Assembly (NCBI GenBank): GCA_951406725.2
Contig: OX597832.1
Span: 28,272,001-28,336,000 of the forward strand
Length of the DNA stretch: 64,000 bases
Source: Octopus vulgaris
Lineage: Eukaryota
Direction of reading: 5' to 3'
The notes under the pieces are model-generated. The model saw nothing but the letters and a program-made list of their open reading frames with translations, searched no databases and was not told where the DNA came from. Shown in pieces: positions 37,601 to 48,240 of the stretch. The position numbers and the translations under genes were made by a program. Each line of letters begins with the position of its first letter. The stretch's first letter is position 1.

Positions 37601-40256
37601 CACGTTCGGATGGTGCTTTTTATGTGCCACCGGTACAGAAGCCATTCGGGCGGGGTTATATATATATACATATATATATATATGTGTGTATGTGTGTGTG
37701 TGTGTGTGCGTGTATGTTTGTGTGTCTGTGTTTGTCCCCTTAGCATTGCTTGACAACCGATGCTGGTGTGTTTACGTCCCCGTCACTTAGCAGTTCGGCA
37801 AAAGAGACCGATAGAATAGGTACTGGGCTTACAAAGAATAAATCCCGGGGTCGAGTTGCCCGATTAAAGGCAGTGCTCCAGCATGGCTGCAGTCAAATGA
37901 CTGAAAAGAGTAAAAGAATATATGTGTGTCAAGTGTCATTGGTGTGATTTTATTCCTGGATAATGAAATGCTATGCAGTAATGTATACACAGAGCCACAA
38001 ATGTGGGAAGAGGAACACGACTTGAATTGACCCTAATTAATGACTGGTACTGTAATTTATTGGTATTTAAATGTTGGGAGGAAAAGCTGATTCTCGCGAC
38101 AAGGTTTTTTTGTTCAGTTTTCTCTTGATTGGCAACATATTAGAGACATAAAATCAAAATCAAATTCGATGACTGGCATCCATGCTAGCGGGGTGCAAAG
38201 AGCACCATACGAGTGTGATCGTTTGACAGAGCGGCTAACCAGTTTCCGTGCCAGTGGCACATAAAAGGGCACCATTTGAGTGTGATCGTTACCAGCGGCC
38301 CCTTATTGGCACTTGTGCCTGTGCTAGTAGGGTGTCCAAGAGCATCATCCGAGCGTGATCGTTGCCAGAGCAGCCAACTGGCTTCCGTGCCAGTGGCACG
38401 TAAAAGGGCACCATTCGAGCATGATCGTTACCAACGTCGCCTTACTGGCACCTGTGCCGGTGTTACGTGTAAAAAGATTCGAGCGAGGTCGTTGCCAGTA
38501 CCGCCTGACTGGCACCTGTGCCAGGGGCACATAAAAAGCACCCACTACACTCTCGGAGTGGTTGGCATTAGGAAGGGCATCCAGCTGAAGAAACTCTGCC
38601 AGATCAAGATTGGACCCTGGTGCAGCCATCTGGTTCGGCAGTCCTCAGTCAAAATCGTCCAACCCATGCTAGCATGGAAAGTGGATGCTAAACGATGACG
38701 ATGATGATGATGAAAAATATGAAAAATTCTGTCTTTGGCCTTACCTCGTGGAGTGGATAAGCTGCTATGTAGGCATTTCCTAGTAACCTTTTGATACCTG
38801 TTGAAGAATGGAGAGGAGAATGGAGAAATATTGAGAAGAAGACAGCAACAATAACAACAACAACAACAATAAAAGCTGCACTGGCTGCAACAGCAATAAC
38901 AAGAAAAACTGCAGCAGCAGCAGCAGGAATAATGGTAACAAGAATGGTAAAGACAATAGTAAAAACAACAAAAACAAAGCCCCTATGTGGTTGTTTGACC
39001 TGTTAGACATCATAGAATCACACATTATTAGGAAGGACACATTGAATAATAATGTGCTTGGAGATAAACTATGTGAACGGATGGCTAGCCATGGATGGAA
39101 CATTGGTTGATCATACAGCAGCTAGGACCAGGACTGACCATGGGCTAAACAACAACAGCAACAGCTCAACAATTGTATATACTGAGATGATTGTGATGTG
39201 GGCCTCGATTCCCCCAGGTAACTCCTGATAATGGGATCATTAAAAAGGGACACCAGGTTGAATATGTGTTTTGAGAAGAAGTCATGAGCTCCTCCTCCTC
39301 CTCCACTCTCAGAGACTCTCATAAATTCTGATGTCCTTCTTCTTCTAAAGTGGTTCTAACCAGAGTCCATGAACCTTGAGGGCCCATATAAGATTTTGCT
39401 GTTGAAATATATGTGTAATAAATGTTATTATCCTTTGACAATACACAAAATATTTTAACAATTTTTTAATACAATTCCTAATAATATGAATGTTTTAAAA
39501 ACATTGACAGGTTATGGGAGTCCACCTGAATGAAATAGGGATCAGAAGGGGTTCATAGGTACAAAAAAATGTTTGAGAATCCCTGCCCTAAAGAATAAGG
39601 TGTATTGTTGGGATATTAGACGTGGCTTAGTGGTTAAGAAGCCCACTTCCTGACTATGTAGTCTTGGGTTCAGTTCTGCTGTGTGGTATCTTGGACTAGC
39701 CAAAGCTTTTGAGGTGGATTTGGTAGGTGGAAACTGAAAAGAAGCCCATCATATGTATATGAATATGTGAGTGTGTGTTTTGGTTTATATTTGTGCTTCT
39801 CTAAAGAACTGTTGAGCTACAAACAATGTCAACAAGTTGTCTGCTGATTTTGGTCCCTCAAAGGCATGGGAAACAAGAGATCCCTTAGTTGAAAAAAACA
39901 AAAAAAAACAGGTAAGGTTGAGGAAGAGTATACAGCTGAAAAAGAAAGACTCAATAATAAATCTAACCCATGCTAGCATGGAAAAGTGGACGTAAAAATG
40001 AACGAAAAATACATTTCTGATACAAGAAAAATATAGGTTTATGAGGGAAGGATTTGATTGAGTGACATTCATGCCTTTCACATAGATACCAGTAGATATC
40101 TGGCTCTTTCTTAGATTAAATGAGAAATTTTACAAGTTCTTACCATATTTTCGTATTCTGCCTTCTCCCTCAAAAGTTGCTCTTGATAGAATTTCATTAA
40201 CAATGCGACTTCTTTCGGCAGAAGTGAAAAATTCTTCCGTGTTTTGAATGACATAC
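7835..40256 (-). CDS. ANO: Anoctamin/TMEM16 family Ca2+-activated scramblase/ion channel (ANO3-7-like), 20 visible exons, 5'-incomplete
   Basis: 20 exons with GT-AG boundaries and compatible phases give 2107 nt of open frame ending in TGA at 7835-7837. Family motifs: [113 protein letters not shown]. The paralog cannot be fixed without a phylogeny. Confidence 0.97.
8501..8905. repeat. (GGT)n/(GAT) trinucleotide tract in the last intron
   Basis: Directly visible; source of the spurious poly-His and poly-Val ORFs. Confidence 0.95.
9054..9159 (-). CDS. ANO: Anoctamin exon (TM10): [35 protein letters not shown]
   Basis: 106 nt, cag/gtaaga, CRY.D.R.PP and RLAFVI.F motifs. Confidence 0.97.
9395..9590. 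repeat. Tandem repeat of about 63 bp, roughly 3 copies
   Basis: CCTGAGATGG recurs at 9471 and 9534. Confidence 0.75.
9605..9637 (+). mobile_element. Helitron 3'-end remnant
   Basis: AAACCTGAGCAATGCCGGGTGATACTGCTAG matches the family hairpin plus CTAG end. Confidence 0.55.
9851..10023 (-). CDS. ANO: Anoctamin exon: [57 protein letters not shown](R)
   Basis: 173 nt, cag/gtaagt, IAFTSDFIP and GY...SLS motifs. Confidence 0.97.
10107..10430. repeat. 19-bp G-rich minisatellite (GGGTGTGTGGGATGGCACA)n
   Basis: About 17 copies, with degenerate copies to about 10540. Confidence 0.92.
11133..11185 (-). CDS. ANO: Anoctamin exon (TM9): [18 protein letters not shown]
   Basis: 53 nt, tag/gtgagt, IGIW motif. 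Confidence 0.96.
11432..11876 (+). mobile_element. Two degenerate family A SINEs
   Basis: Heads at about 11432 and 11669, separated by (ATT)n. Confidence 0.7.
11940..12410. repeat. 34-bp minisatellite (CAGGCTCCACCCACCTATCTCACCTAGATAACAC)n
   Basis: Period 34 visible at 12121/12155; diverged copies on both sides. Confidence 0.88.
12594..12746 (-). CDS. ANO: Anoctamin exon (TM7-TM8): [51 protein letters not shown]
   Basis: 153 nt, cag/gtaaag, signature FPLAP and E.RLDA. Confidence 0.98.
13032..13416 (-). mobile_element. Family B SINE
   Basis: Match to the 2021 copy. Confidence 0.85.
14227..14602. repeat. (GT)n-rich microsatellite
   Basis: Directly visible; lies about 40 nt from the 14641 donor. 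Confidence 0.95.
14642..14817 (-). CDS. ANO: Anoctamin exon: [58 protein letters not shown]
   Basis: 176 nt, cag/gtgagt, phase 2 to 1, WE.D and EYLEM motifs. Confidence 0.94.
14934..15428 (-). mobile_element. Non-autonomous Helitron, with an internal duplication of about 105 bp
   Basis: On the minus strand: 5' TC, 3' CCCGAGCAACGCCGGG hairpin then CTAG, inserted between A and T, no TSD. Confidence 0.85.
15872..16592 (+). mobile_element. 5'-truncated non-LTR retrotransposon with restriction-like endonuclease (R4/Dong-like), C-terminal 178 codons plus 3' UTR
   Basis: ORF 15872-16408 has HLISGC (end of CCHC knuckle), RHD, KPDIVV, IDMSIP, K..KY..L and PVIVGALG; flanked on both sides by (TAA)n, the known target of Dong-like elements. 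Confidence 0.88.
17530..17891 (-). mobile_element. Family B SINE (degenerate)
   Basis: Match to the 2021 copy; an inverted degenerate copy lies at about 16940-17300. Confidence 0.7.
18011..18108 (-). CDS. ANO: Anoctamin exon (TM6): [32 protein letters not shown](P)
   Basis: 98 nt, cag/gtgagt, GKQ..NN..E motif. Confidence 0.97.
19013..19428 (-). mobile_element. Family A SINE, tandem dimer
   Basis: Two reverse-complement copies of the core and tail. Confidence 0.85.
20240..20643 (-). mobile_element. Family B SINE
   Basis: Match to the 2021 copy. Confidence 0.8.
21553..21785 (-). mobile_element. Family A SINE nested in a family B SINE
   Basis: Family B sequence (21450-21552) resumes at 21786. 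Confidence 0.85.
21909..22414 (-). mobile_element. Non-autonomous Helitron (same family, different internal segment)
   Basis: Same termini and hairpin as the 14934 copy. Confidence 0.85.
22581..22635 (-). CDS. ANO: Anoctamin exon: (R)[18 protein letters not shown]
   Basis: 55 nt, cag/gtaagc, G.P..Y and R.EE motif. Confidence 0.95.
23005..23337 (-). mobile_element. Family B SINE (partial)
   Basis: Match to the 2021 copy. Confidence 0.8.
23790..23901 (-). CDS. ANO: Anoctamin exon (TM5): [36 protein letters not shown]
   Basis: 112 nt, cag/gtaagt, highly conserved TM5 motif. Confidence 0.97.
24064..24577 (-). mobile_element. Two family A SINEs embedded in (AAT)n tracts
   Basis: Reverse-complement matches to the 1561 copy. 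Confidence 0.8.
25049..25085 (-). CDS. ANO: Anoctamin exon: [12 protein letters not shown](E)
   Basis: 37 nt, cag/gtaaga, phase 0 to 1, Y..LA..LT..E motif. Confidence 0.93.
25138..25900. repeat. (GGT)n/(GT)n low-complexity tract
   Basis: Directly visible. Confidence 0.92.
26873..27365 (-). mobile_element. tRNA-derived SINE (family E) with duplicated 3' tail
   Basis: Reverse complement of the 44320 copy; tail present twice (about 26873-27005 and 27030-27165). Confidence 0.7.
27428..27586 (-). CDS. ANO: Anoctamin exon (TM3-TM4): [53 protein letters not shown]
   Basis: 159 nt, cag/gtaagt, GVIVYR motif. Confidence 0.96.
28541..28870. repeat. Long palindrome (arms about 130 bp) from a Penelope-like repeat
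   Basis: Centred on TTTTGACTCAAAA at about 28671; second family member at 57411-57727. Confidence 0.8.
28960..29034 (-). CDS. ANO: Anoctamin exon: [25 protein letters not shown]
   Basis: 75 nt, cag/gtaagt, EPY.P motif and start of TM3. Confidence 0.95.
29464..30191. mobile_element. MITE / non-autonomous DNA transposon with 27-bp imperfect TIRs
   Basis: CCATAAAAACCCATGTAATTTGTGCAC at the left versus GTGCGTAAATTCCATGGGTTTTTAAGG at the right (4 mismatches). Confidence 0.65.
30216..30278 (-). CDS. ANO: Anoctamin exon: [21 protein letters not shown]
   Basis: 63 nt, cag/gtaagt, RPEF and NPVT motifs. Confidence 0.95.
31314..31396 (-). CDS. ANO: Anoctamin exon: [28 protein letters not shown]
   Basis: 83 nt, cag/gttcgt, E.WKR.Q motif. 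Confidence 0.94.
32963..33129 (-). CDS. ANO: Anoctamin exon: [55 protein letters not shown]
   Basis: 167 nt, cag/gtaagt, MCPLCD extracellular cysteine motif and start of TM2. Confidence 0.96.
33675..33809 (-). CDS. ANO: Anoctamin exon (TM1): [44 protein letters not shown]
   Basis: 135 nt, cag/gtaatc, [13 protein letters not shown] motif. Confidence 0.96.
33850..34199 (+). mobile_element. Retroposon family C (internal tandem units of about 55-60 bp, (GAT)n tail; RTE-type 3' end)
   Basis: GGCGTTAGGAAGGGCATCCAGCTGTAGAAAC...CCAACCCATGCTAGCATGGAAA...GATGATGAT; multiple variably 5'-truncated copies. Confidence 0.8.
34386..34805 (-). mobile_element. Family B SINE
   Basis: Match to the 2021 copy. 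Confidence 0.85.
35262..35326 (-). CDS. ANO: Anoctamin exon: [22 protein letters not shown]
   Basis: 65 nt, cag/gtaaga, QPLD motif. Confidence 0.95.
35411..35712 (+). mobile_element. Non-autonomous Helitron (same family, short form)
   Basis: a|TCTTTATATATAAAA ... CCCGAGCAACGCTGGGCGATACTGCTAG|t. Confidence 0.85.
36069..36310. repeat. Four copies of TACATGCATCTGTACAGGTGTGTTTATGTA separated by (GT)n
   Basis: Directly visible. Confidence 0.85.
37044..37100 (-). CDS. ANO: Anoctamin exon: [19 protein letters not shown]
   Basis: 57 nt, cag/gtacgt, phase 0-0, links YPLHE to LLYEMWA as in other anoctamins. Confidence 0.9.
37143..37918 (+). mobile_element. Family B SINE interrupted by an inverted family C element (about 37316-37650)
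   Basis: Head at 37143, tail at 37720-37918; insertion lies in the internal (TA)n. Confidence 0.85.
38150..38712 (+). mobile_element. Retroposon family C, long copy
   Basis: Several internal GTGGCACGTAAAA units, same 3' end as the 33850 copy. Confidence 0.8.
38745..38797 (-). CDS. ANO: Anoctamin exon: [18 protein letters not shown]
   Basis: 53 nt, cag/gtaagg, conserved GI..LL...Y.AAYPLH motif. Confidence 0.95.
40144..40256 (-). CDS. ANO: Anoctamin exon (first visible): [37 protein letters not shown]
   Basis: cag acceptor, gtaaga donor, 113 nt, phase 2 to 1; FF..AERSRIV..IL motif of the anoctamin N-terminal domain. Confidence 0.93.
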
Positions 40257-41058
40257 CTGAAAATGGAGGAACATTTAAATTCCGTCAGTCAATTGGATTA
40301 AATTGTAGTTTTGTGAAGCATCTTTGATGGCAATGGAATTATAACAGAAGACAAAATGTTGGTTACCATGAGAAGGTACCACAATGGGGTACAGTTCACT
40401 GTAACGTGCCCATGGCCAAGATGCTTAACTGTCAACAGCCCAGTCTACCAAGCTGTATGTAGGTACCACAGTGTATTACAGGTCACTGTACTGTGTCCAT
40501 GACTAAGCTCAGTCCATCTAGATTTGTACAGGTACCACTCTACTGGATCACATCCATTCATTATCTGAAGTCGCAAAGTCTGACCTTAGACCAACACCTG
40601 GTTTTTATGAGCCAACATAATTCCTCACCATCGTTGCAGGAATCGCTAAAATTAACAGCTAAATTACCCATAGATCTCATCCCATTCTCTTCACTCTTGA
40701 AAAGAAAGGACATGTTTGATGATGTACTCCTAAATATATTATGCCTGGAACAACACTTGACCAAAGATCTATTTGATCAAGACTGATCTGGGGATAAATA
40801 TGAGAAACAAACTGATATTCATAAAGAAATAGACCAATCTCTTCTACAACTTTCCACTTATGGTTTTTATTTAATGCTAAAATGGTTCCTATTTAATTGA
40901 CTCCAAAGGAGGAAAAGCAATGTCGACCACGGAAGAATTTGAACTCAGAACATGAGGGTAGACAAAATGCCACTAAGCATTTTACCCAGTGTGCCAACAA
41001 TTCTGCCAGCTTACCAATATTAAAGAGTAGAATTTACTGTACCCATGGCCCCAACAGG

Positions 41059-41361
41059 TGGAGGCGCAATGGCCCAGTGGCTAGGGCAGTGGACTCGTGG
41101 TTGGAGGATCACGGTTTTGATTCCCAGACCGGGCGTTGTCTGTGTTTATTGAGCAAAAACACCTAAAAGCTCCACGAGGCTCCAGCAGGGGGTGGTGGTG
41201 ACCCCTGTTGTACTCTTTCGCCCCAACTTTCTCTCACCCTCTCTTCCTGTTTCTTGAGTAATGCTGCGATGGACTGGCGTCCCGTCCAGCTGGGGGGAAC
41301 ACATATGCCACAGAAACCGGGAAACTGGGCCCATGAGCCTGGCTAGGCCTGAAAAGGGCGA
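41059..41361 (+). mobile_element. tRNA-derived SINE (family D)
   Basis: Same head as 604; 3' part shared with 43130-43372. Confidence 0.75.
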
Positions 41362-42453
41362 TGAAGAATGGCCCCCAACAGACCCTTGAAAAGGGCCAGG
41401 AGGAATCAGCAGTACCCATAGCATTACCCAAAGTGAAAGTTATAATGACAAAGAATAAGCTGAGAGTGAATTCCAGATGGTAGAGATTTTGGAAAGGAAT
41501 GGTTAGGAATAGGGGTTAGTTGTAAGAGGTTTAGGTTGGGGTCTCGAGCCATTATAGTAGCAAACAAGAGGAAGGACGAGTCAAGTGTGTTGAGGTAGTA
41601 GCAGTAGTAGTGGCAGCAGCAGCAGCAATGGTAGAAAAGACAGAGCAATGAGACAGAATTTGGAATGTGTTGGCAACATCTAAGACAGATTGGTTTTTAC
41701 CAAGTGTTTCTTTAAAACAGATCTTTGGAATTTGTTAGGAATTTGTGAAAAACGACCTTAGAAGTTGAAAATAATAACAACAACAAAAAAACAAAACAAA
41801 AAAAAGCGATAAAGAAATTATGAAAACAATTGAAGAATTTGCAAAGAATTTTTGTGAAAGTAATCAATTTGATGGTTGGGAAAAAAAACAACATTTTTTT
41901 TCTGTATCATTTGAATTATTATTATTGATGATGATGATGATGATGATGATGATAATAATAATAAAAACAATAATAATAATAATAAAAATAATAACAATAA
42001 TAATCATAATAACAATAATGATAATAATAATAATAATAAAAATAATAACAATAATAATAATAATAATAATAATAACAATAATAATAATAAGAAGAAGAAT
42101 TATAATAATCCATACTTTATTACAGAAAAAAGATTATGGTAATGATAATAATTATTTAATTCTTTTCGGTGCAGTCTTTATGTCAGCAGATGGAAAAGAA
42201 AGATTGAGTTAATTGTAGAAGAGGAGATAACAAGGAATTGATAGCTTTGAGCTAAGAATGGATGTACAGGGATTTGTGTGTGGGTATCTATGTGTCTACC
42301 TTTCATCTATCAGTTTATCTATCCACCTGGCTATCCTTCTGCCTGCCTACCCATCTACCTCAACTATCTATCTATCTATCTGTCTATGCATCTACCCATC
42401 TGTCTACCCATCTACCCACCTATCTACCCATCCATCTACCCATCCATCTACCC

Positions 42454-42498
<45 letters not shown>

Positions 42499-42616
42499 CC
42501 TGTCTATCCATCTATCTATCTGTCTACGCATCTATCCATCTATCTACCCATCCACCCATCCATCTATGAGAGAGAAAGGGGTAGTGTATGAATAACTGTG
42601 AAGTGAGAAATGAAAC

Positions 42617-42670
<54 letters not shown>

Positions 42671-43129
42671 GAGAGTGTCTAAATGATGCGTACCAAAACC
42701 AAGCAACACATGGCTGACCTCTGACCTGTCTATCAACCTCCTCCCCATCAGCTACAACCCAACCTTAGCATCTTACATAAATCATCTCATTCTCTCCATC
42801 TTATCAGCTGGTGATGGTGGGGGAGGGGAAAGTTTGGTGGAATGACAGGTTCAGAAAATGCTACAGAGTCCATTGGGTGGTGGTTGTGGAATGGTAATGC
42901 TTGTTTCATTGATAAATCTTCACAACTGACAATGTCAATGTCTTGGGAAAAACCTATTAATATTCCAGACATTTCTTCAATATTGCATAAATACTCCCAT
43001 CTCTACAATGTTTGGTAAAAGAGGGAGAAAGATTACACCTGAAACTGGACTTGTTTTTGGTAGAGTCATTTCTGCACATTTCTCAACAGATGCACTATCA
43101 ATTAGACAACATTATACATGTTTTATGTG

Positions 43130-43372
43130 GGGGCGCGTGGCTTAGTGGTTAGGGTGTCAGCATCATGGTTGTAAGATTGTGGTTTCGATTCTTGGATCGG
43201 GTGACGCGTTGTGTTCTTGAGCAAAACACTTCATTTCACGTTGCTCCAGTCCACTCAGCTGGCAAAAATGAGTAACGCTGCGATGGACTGGTGTCCCGTT
43301 CAGCTGGGGAACACATACGCCATAGAAACCGGGAAACCGGGCCCGTGAGCCTGGCTAGGCTTTAAAAGGGCA
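43130..43372 (+). mobile_element. tRNA-derived SINE (D/E-related)
   Basis: TGGCTTAGTGG...GGTTTCGATTC head, TTCTTGAGCAA core, tail as in the 41059 copy. Confidence 0.7.
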
Positions 43373-43561
43373 CATTTATTTTTATTTTATATATTTTTTA
43401 TAGTTCATTGTTTCAAAGAAGGAAATAAAGAAAGAAGAAAGGTAGAAAAGAAAGAAGAAAGATACATAGATGGGGAGAGAAATAGACAAACAGAGATAGA
43501 CAGACAGACTTATAGAGAGATAACAAAGATAGAGAGGAATAGACAGAGAGAGAGCTAGCTA

Positions 43562-43611
<50 letters not shown>

Positions 43612-43808
43612 TGGCTTAGTGTGTGTGTCTTTCTGTTGGCGGTCTGAAGAGATGTGTCCAAACACAATGTGAATTGCCTGATTCAGCATTGCATTTAACA
43701 GAGAGGAGACATTTCTGTAACAGCTGGGATACAAGTTGTAGATCGTTAGCTGGGCTAAAAAGTCATCAAAGAGTCATTGGAAATACTCAAAACTGAACCA
43801 AATTCCAC

Positions 43809-43841
<33 letters not shown>

Positions 43842-44319
43842 AACCATTCCATGCCATGCAAGCATCTACTGCTGTGTTCTCTGGTTCTTTTGGATGGTTT
43901 TGTGGAATGTCAGATGGGAAGAGATGACTGGGTTCTGTTTGAATGCCCTTCAGTTTTAGGAGGTGAGGGGCTCAAGAAGGGAGTCTTCCATGACCCTCCT
44001 CATAGATTATCACATCTGATTTCATGGTGTGTGTGAAAGAGAGAAAGAGAGGGAGAGAAAGAGAGAGGGAGAGAAAGAGAGAGGGAGAGGAGAGAGATAG
44101 GGAAGGAAAGAGAGAGAGACAGGTGGGGAGAGAGAGAGAGAGAGAAAGAACCAGGTTCGGACTTTATTGACCCTGGAAAAACACCAAGCAAAGTTGATGC
44201 TGGTCAGATTTGAACTCGGAAAGAAAAGAGTCACAACTACCACAACATTCAACACTTCCGTGAATCAACTGTACACACACACACATTCATATATAACACA
44301 TATAAACACACAAATGAAT

Positions 44320-44645
44320 GACTCAGTGGTTAGAGCATGAAGTTTATAATTGTGAGGTTGTGAGTTTGAATCCTGGACCGGGCTCTGTGTTGTGTTCTTG
44401 AGCAAGACACTTTATTTCATGTTGCTCCAGTTCATTCATATGTAGAAATGACTTGCAATGTCACTTGTGTCAAGCTGTATTGGCCCCTTTGCCTTTCCCT
44501 TGGATAACACTCGTGGTGTGGAGAGGGGAGGCCGGTATGCATGGGCAACTACTGGTCTTCCATAAACAACCTTGCCCGGACTTGTGCCAGTCAGGGTAAC
44601 TTTCTAGGTGCAATCCCATGGTCAATCATGATCGAAGGGGGTCTC
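44320..44645 (+). mobile_element. tRNA-derived SINE (family E)
   Basis: tRNA-like head; tail GGTAACTTTCTAGGTGCAATCCCATGGTC shared with the inverted copy at 26873-27365. Confidence 0.7.
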
Positions 44646-45309
44646 AGAAACACACAAACAAAAATTCACTGATTTACACAACACTTGTGATATCCCCAAA
44701 CATATCTGATAATCTTAAATACAGAACAAAGCATAAAAATTTTTTACACTTCCTCATTGTTCTTATTAATTTTGAAACATCTTAGTTAAAAAAAAAAAGC
44801 AAAAAAAAAAAAAACTTAGTCATTTCTGGTGAAGGAAACATAATTAAAAAAATTTAGATTTTTACCATTTTCCGATTCCATCAAATCAGACTTCTAGAAA
44901 TAATAGCAAAATTATTTAATTATCCACTTCATTTTAATTTATTAAATTGATAATATATAACGATATTTAAGAGGTTATTTAAATGTCTCATGAGTTCAGA
45001 AGGACAGACATTTAATGTGTGTAATATTAGCCGTGTAAAGTTCTTTGGCACAGTAACATTTATAGAATTGTCTGTCTGTGTGTCCGTTTCTCTTCTACTG
45101 CATTACTGGTTTTAATGAGACCCCCAGAGGAGTGAAAGTTAATGTCATCTCCAGTTAGATTTGAACTCAGAACGGGTTAAACCCAAGAACATAACTAAAT
45201 ACTGCAAGTTGAACAAGATACAGTTTCTTCCATTTCATCAGACTAATAACAATAATAATAATAATAATAACAATAATATAAATTATTATTATTTCAATTT
45301 TTTTCCACA

Positions 45310-45502
45310 AAGGCAGCTTCAGGGAGGTGGGGATGAGTCGATTACATTGACCCCAGTGTTCAACTGGTACTTATTTTATCGACCCCAAAAGGATGAAAGA
45401 CAAAGTCGACCTCGGCGGAATTTGAACTCAGAACCTAGTGATGGGCAAAATACCACTAAGCATTTCGTCCAGCATGCTAACGATTCTGTCAGCTCACTGC
45501 CT
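45310..45502 (-). mobile_element. Family A SINE
   Basis: Reverse-complement match to the 1561 copy. Confidence 0.8.
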
Positions 45503-45799
45503 TAATAATAATAATAGGAGACCCCCTTCAGTCATGAACAACAACAACAACAAGAACAGCAACAACAACAACAAAAACAGCAACAACAACAACAATAATA
45601 ATAATAATAATTCTAATTTAGACATAAGGCCAACAATTTTAAGGAGAGGAAGGCCAGTCAGTGCAATTTGTCCCATAGTCTCTGACTGATATCTTTTGGA
45701 CCCTAAAGTGATGAGATGTGAAGTTCATCTTGGCAGGATTTGAATTTAGTTTGTAAAGAAATGGAAGAAATGCTGTGTTTGGTTTAGTATTTAAGTGCT

Positions 45800-46119
45800 C
45801 AAAATCTCTCGTGGAAGCGCCATCCAACCAAAATGCAAATATATGGGAAACTACCACCTGTGTCATCTCTTGTGAAAGGTAAGAGAGTCCAGTTTGCTGG
45901 CCATTGTTGTAGAGCTGCAAAAGAGGTAATTTCTTCTCTTCTCCTCTGGAAGCCATCTACTCGCAATACCAGAGGGCGCACACTCTCCTACCCTGATGTA
46001 ATCTCCAGGGATACAGGCATCCAGCAGCAGGACCTCCGTAATGCTATGATGGACCGTGAAGTCTGGCGTAGCATGGTAAATTCCATTGTCTCGACCACGG
46101 TCGAACAATGATGATGATG
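45800..46119 (+). mobile_element. 5'-truncated RTE-clade LINE with (TGA)n tail and 11-bp TSD
   Basis: ORF end with FAGHC.R, LLLWKP, RGR, DRE.WR; ATTTAAGTGCT at 45789-45799 and 46120-46130. Confidence 0.85.
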
Positions 46120-47060
46120 ATTTAAGTGCTTTTGCTACTCCACCAAATTGATGAGGATAATAGCAATGATAATAATGATGATGATGAAAAGCAGGAGAAG
46201 AGGAGAACAAAAATAGGGGAAATGAGGAGGAACCAGAATGGGGACTAAAAGTAGAAAATAGGAAAGAAAAGACAAACAAAAACAGAAATATGCAAACAAA
46301 GAAATTAAGCAGAAAAATGAGAAGTAAAAAGAAAAAAAAAACGGAGAAGAAACTAGGAAAGAGAAAACAGAAAATGAAGAACAGAGAAAAAGTGATCCAA
46401 AATCAGTAAAAGAGAAAAAAATGACAAGCAAAAAGGAACATTTCCGAAACCCCAAAAAAAATTTGAAATGGGAGGAAATACAGAAAGTGTGGGAAAAACA
46501 GAAAAGGAACGGAATCAGGCTGAAGAACATAAAATAAAAAATAAAAAAAACAGAAAAGAAGATGATGAAAGAAATTGGATAACAGAATATGGGGGAACTC
46601 TAAAATATGGATAAGTGAGGGGAAATATGGAGAAAAAGACAAAAAACCTCAGAAAAAGTGAAAGCGGGGAAACTGGAAATCTAGAAAACAGAAAAGATGT
46701 AAAATACACAGGTAGTTCAGTGGATATTTGTTCCTGAAAATTGGTGTCTTTATTTCAGTGTAGATGGATGGGCATGGAAGGAGGTTCATTGGTAGAACAG
46801 AGCACCACACTAAATAACTTACAGTATTTAGCTTTTTTATGTTCTGGGTTCAATTCCTGTTGGTTCTGACTTTGTTTTTATCTGTTGGAGATTGATGATA
46901 AAATATATAGTAGAAATATATTCTGGGGTAGATTGGAATGGTTAGCCTCTCCTGGTGATATTCAAGACAATGATGACATCAGACTTCAGGTCAGACAACA
47001 TCAAACAACAACAGTAAAATAAAACACTGACAAAAGCAATCATCAGAGAACAACGATAGT

Positions 47061-47866
47061 AACATGAGACAATAACATCAGACGATAACATCAGACGATA
47101 ACATGAGACAATAACATCAGACGATAACATCAGACGATAACATCAGACGATAACATCAGATGATAACATCAGACGATAACATCAGATGATAACATCAGAC
47201 GATAACATCAGACGATAACATCAGACGATAACATCAGACGATAACATCAGACGATAACATCAGATGATAACATCAGACGATAACATCAGATGATAATATC
47301 AGACGATAACATCAGATGATAACATCAGATGATAACATCAGACGATAATATCAGACGATAACATCAGACGATAACATCAGACGATAACATCAGACGATAA
47401 CATCAGACGATAACATCAGACGATAACATCAGACGATAACATCAGACGATAACATCAGACGATAATATCAGACGATAACATCAGATGATAACATCAGATG
47501 ATAACATCAGATGATAACATCAGACGATAATATCAGACGATAACATCAGACGATAACATCAGACGATAACATCAGACGATAACATCAGACGATAACATCA
47601 GACGATAATATCAGACGATAACATCAGACGATAACATCAGACGATAACATCAGACGATAACATCAGACGATAACATCAGACGATAACATCAGCCGATAAC
47701 ATCAGATGATAACATCAGACGATAACATCAGATGATAATATCAGACGATAACATCAGACGATAACATCAGACGATAACATCAGACGATAACATCAGACGA
47801 TAATATCAGACGATAACATCAGACGATAACATCAGACGATAACATCAGACAATAACATCAGATGAT
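47061..47866. repeat. 13-bp minisatellite (AACATCAGACGAT)n, about 60 copies
   Basis: Directly visible tandem array without spacers. Confidence 0.97.
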
Positions 47867-48179
47867 AATAACAAATGAGACATCAGACATTAACAGCAAA
47901 CGAGACATCAAACAGTAATGAGAAACGAGACAGTAATGACAAATGAGACATCAGACAATTACAACAAATGAGACATCAGATAATCAGTCAACAGACGCCG
48001 ATATCAAACAATAAAAGACAACAAGAACAGAAGGCAACACTAACAGCAAGAACAACATTCATCCAAGAAATGGAACAGCAACAACAACAGCCATTTTATA
48101 GACAACAACAATCACAACAACTCCAACAACATAAACTGCTGAAGTTTGCAACGGTAAAAACCAAAAGAGGAAAACCAAA

Positions 48180-48240
<61 letters not shown>

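Noticed and set aside
47061-47866. CRISPR-like array
   Set aside because: Contiguous 13-bp units with no unique spacers, no cas genes, eukaryotic intron
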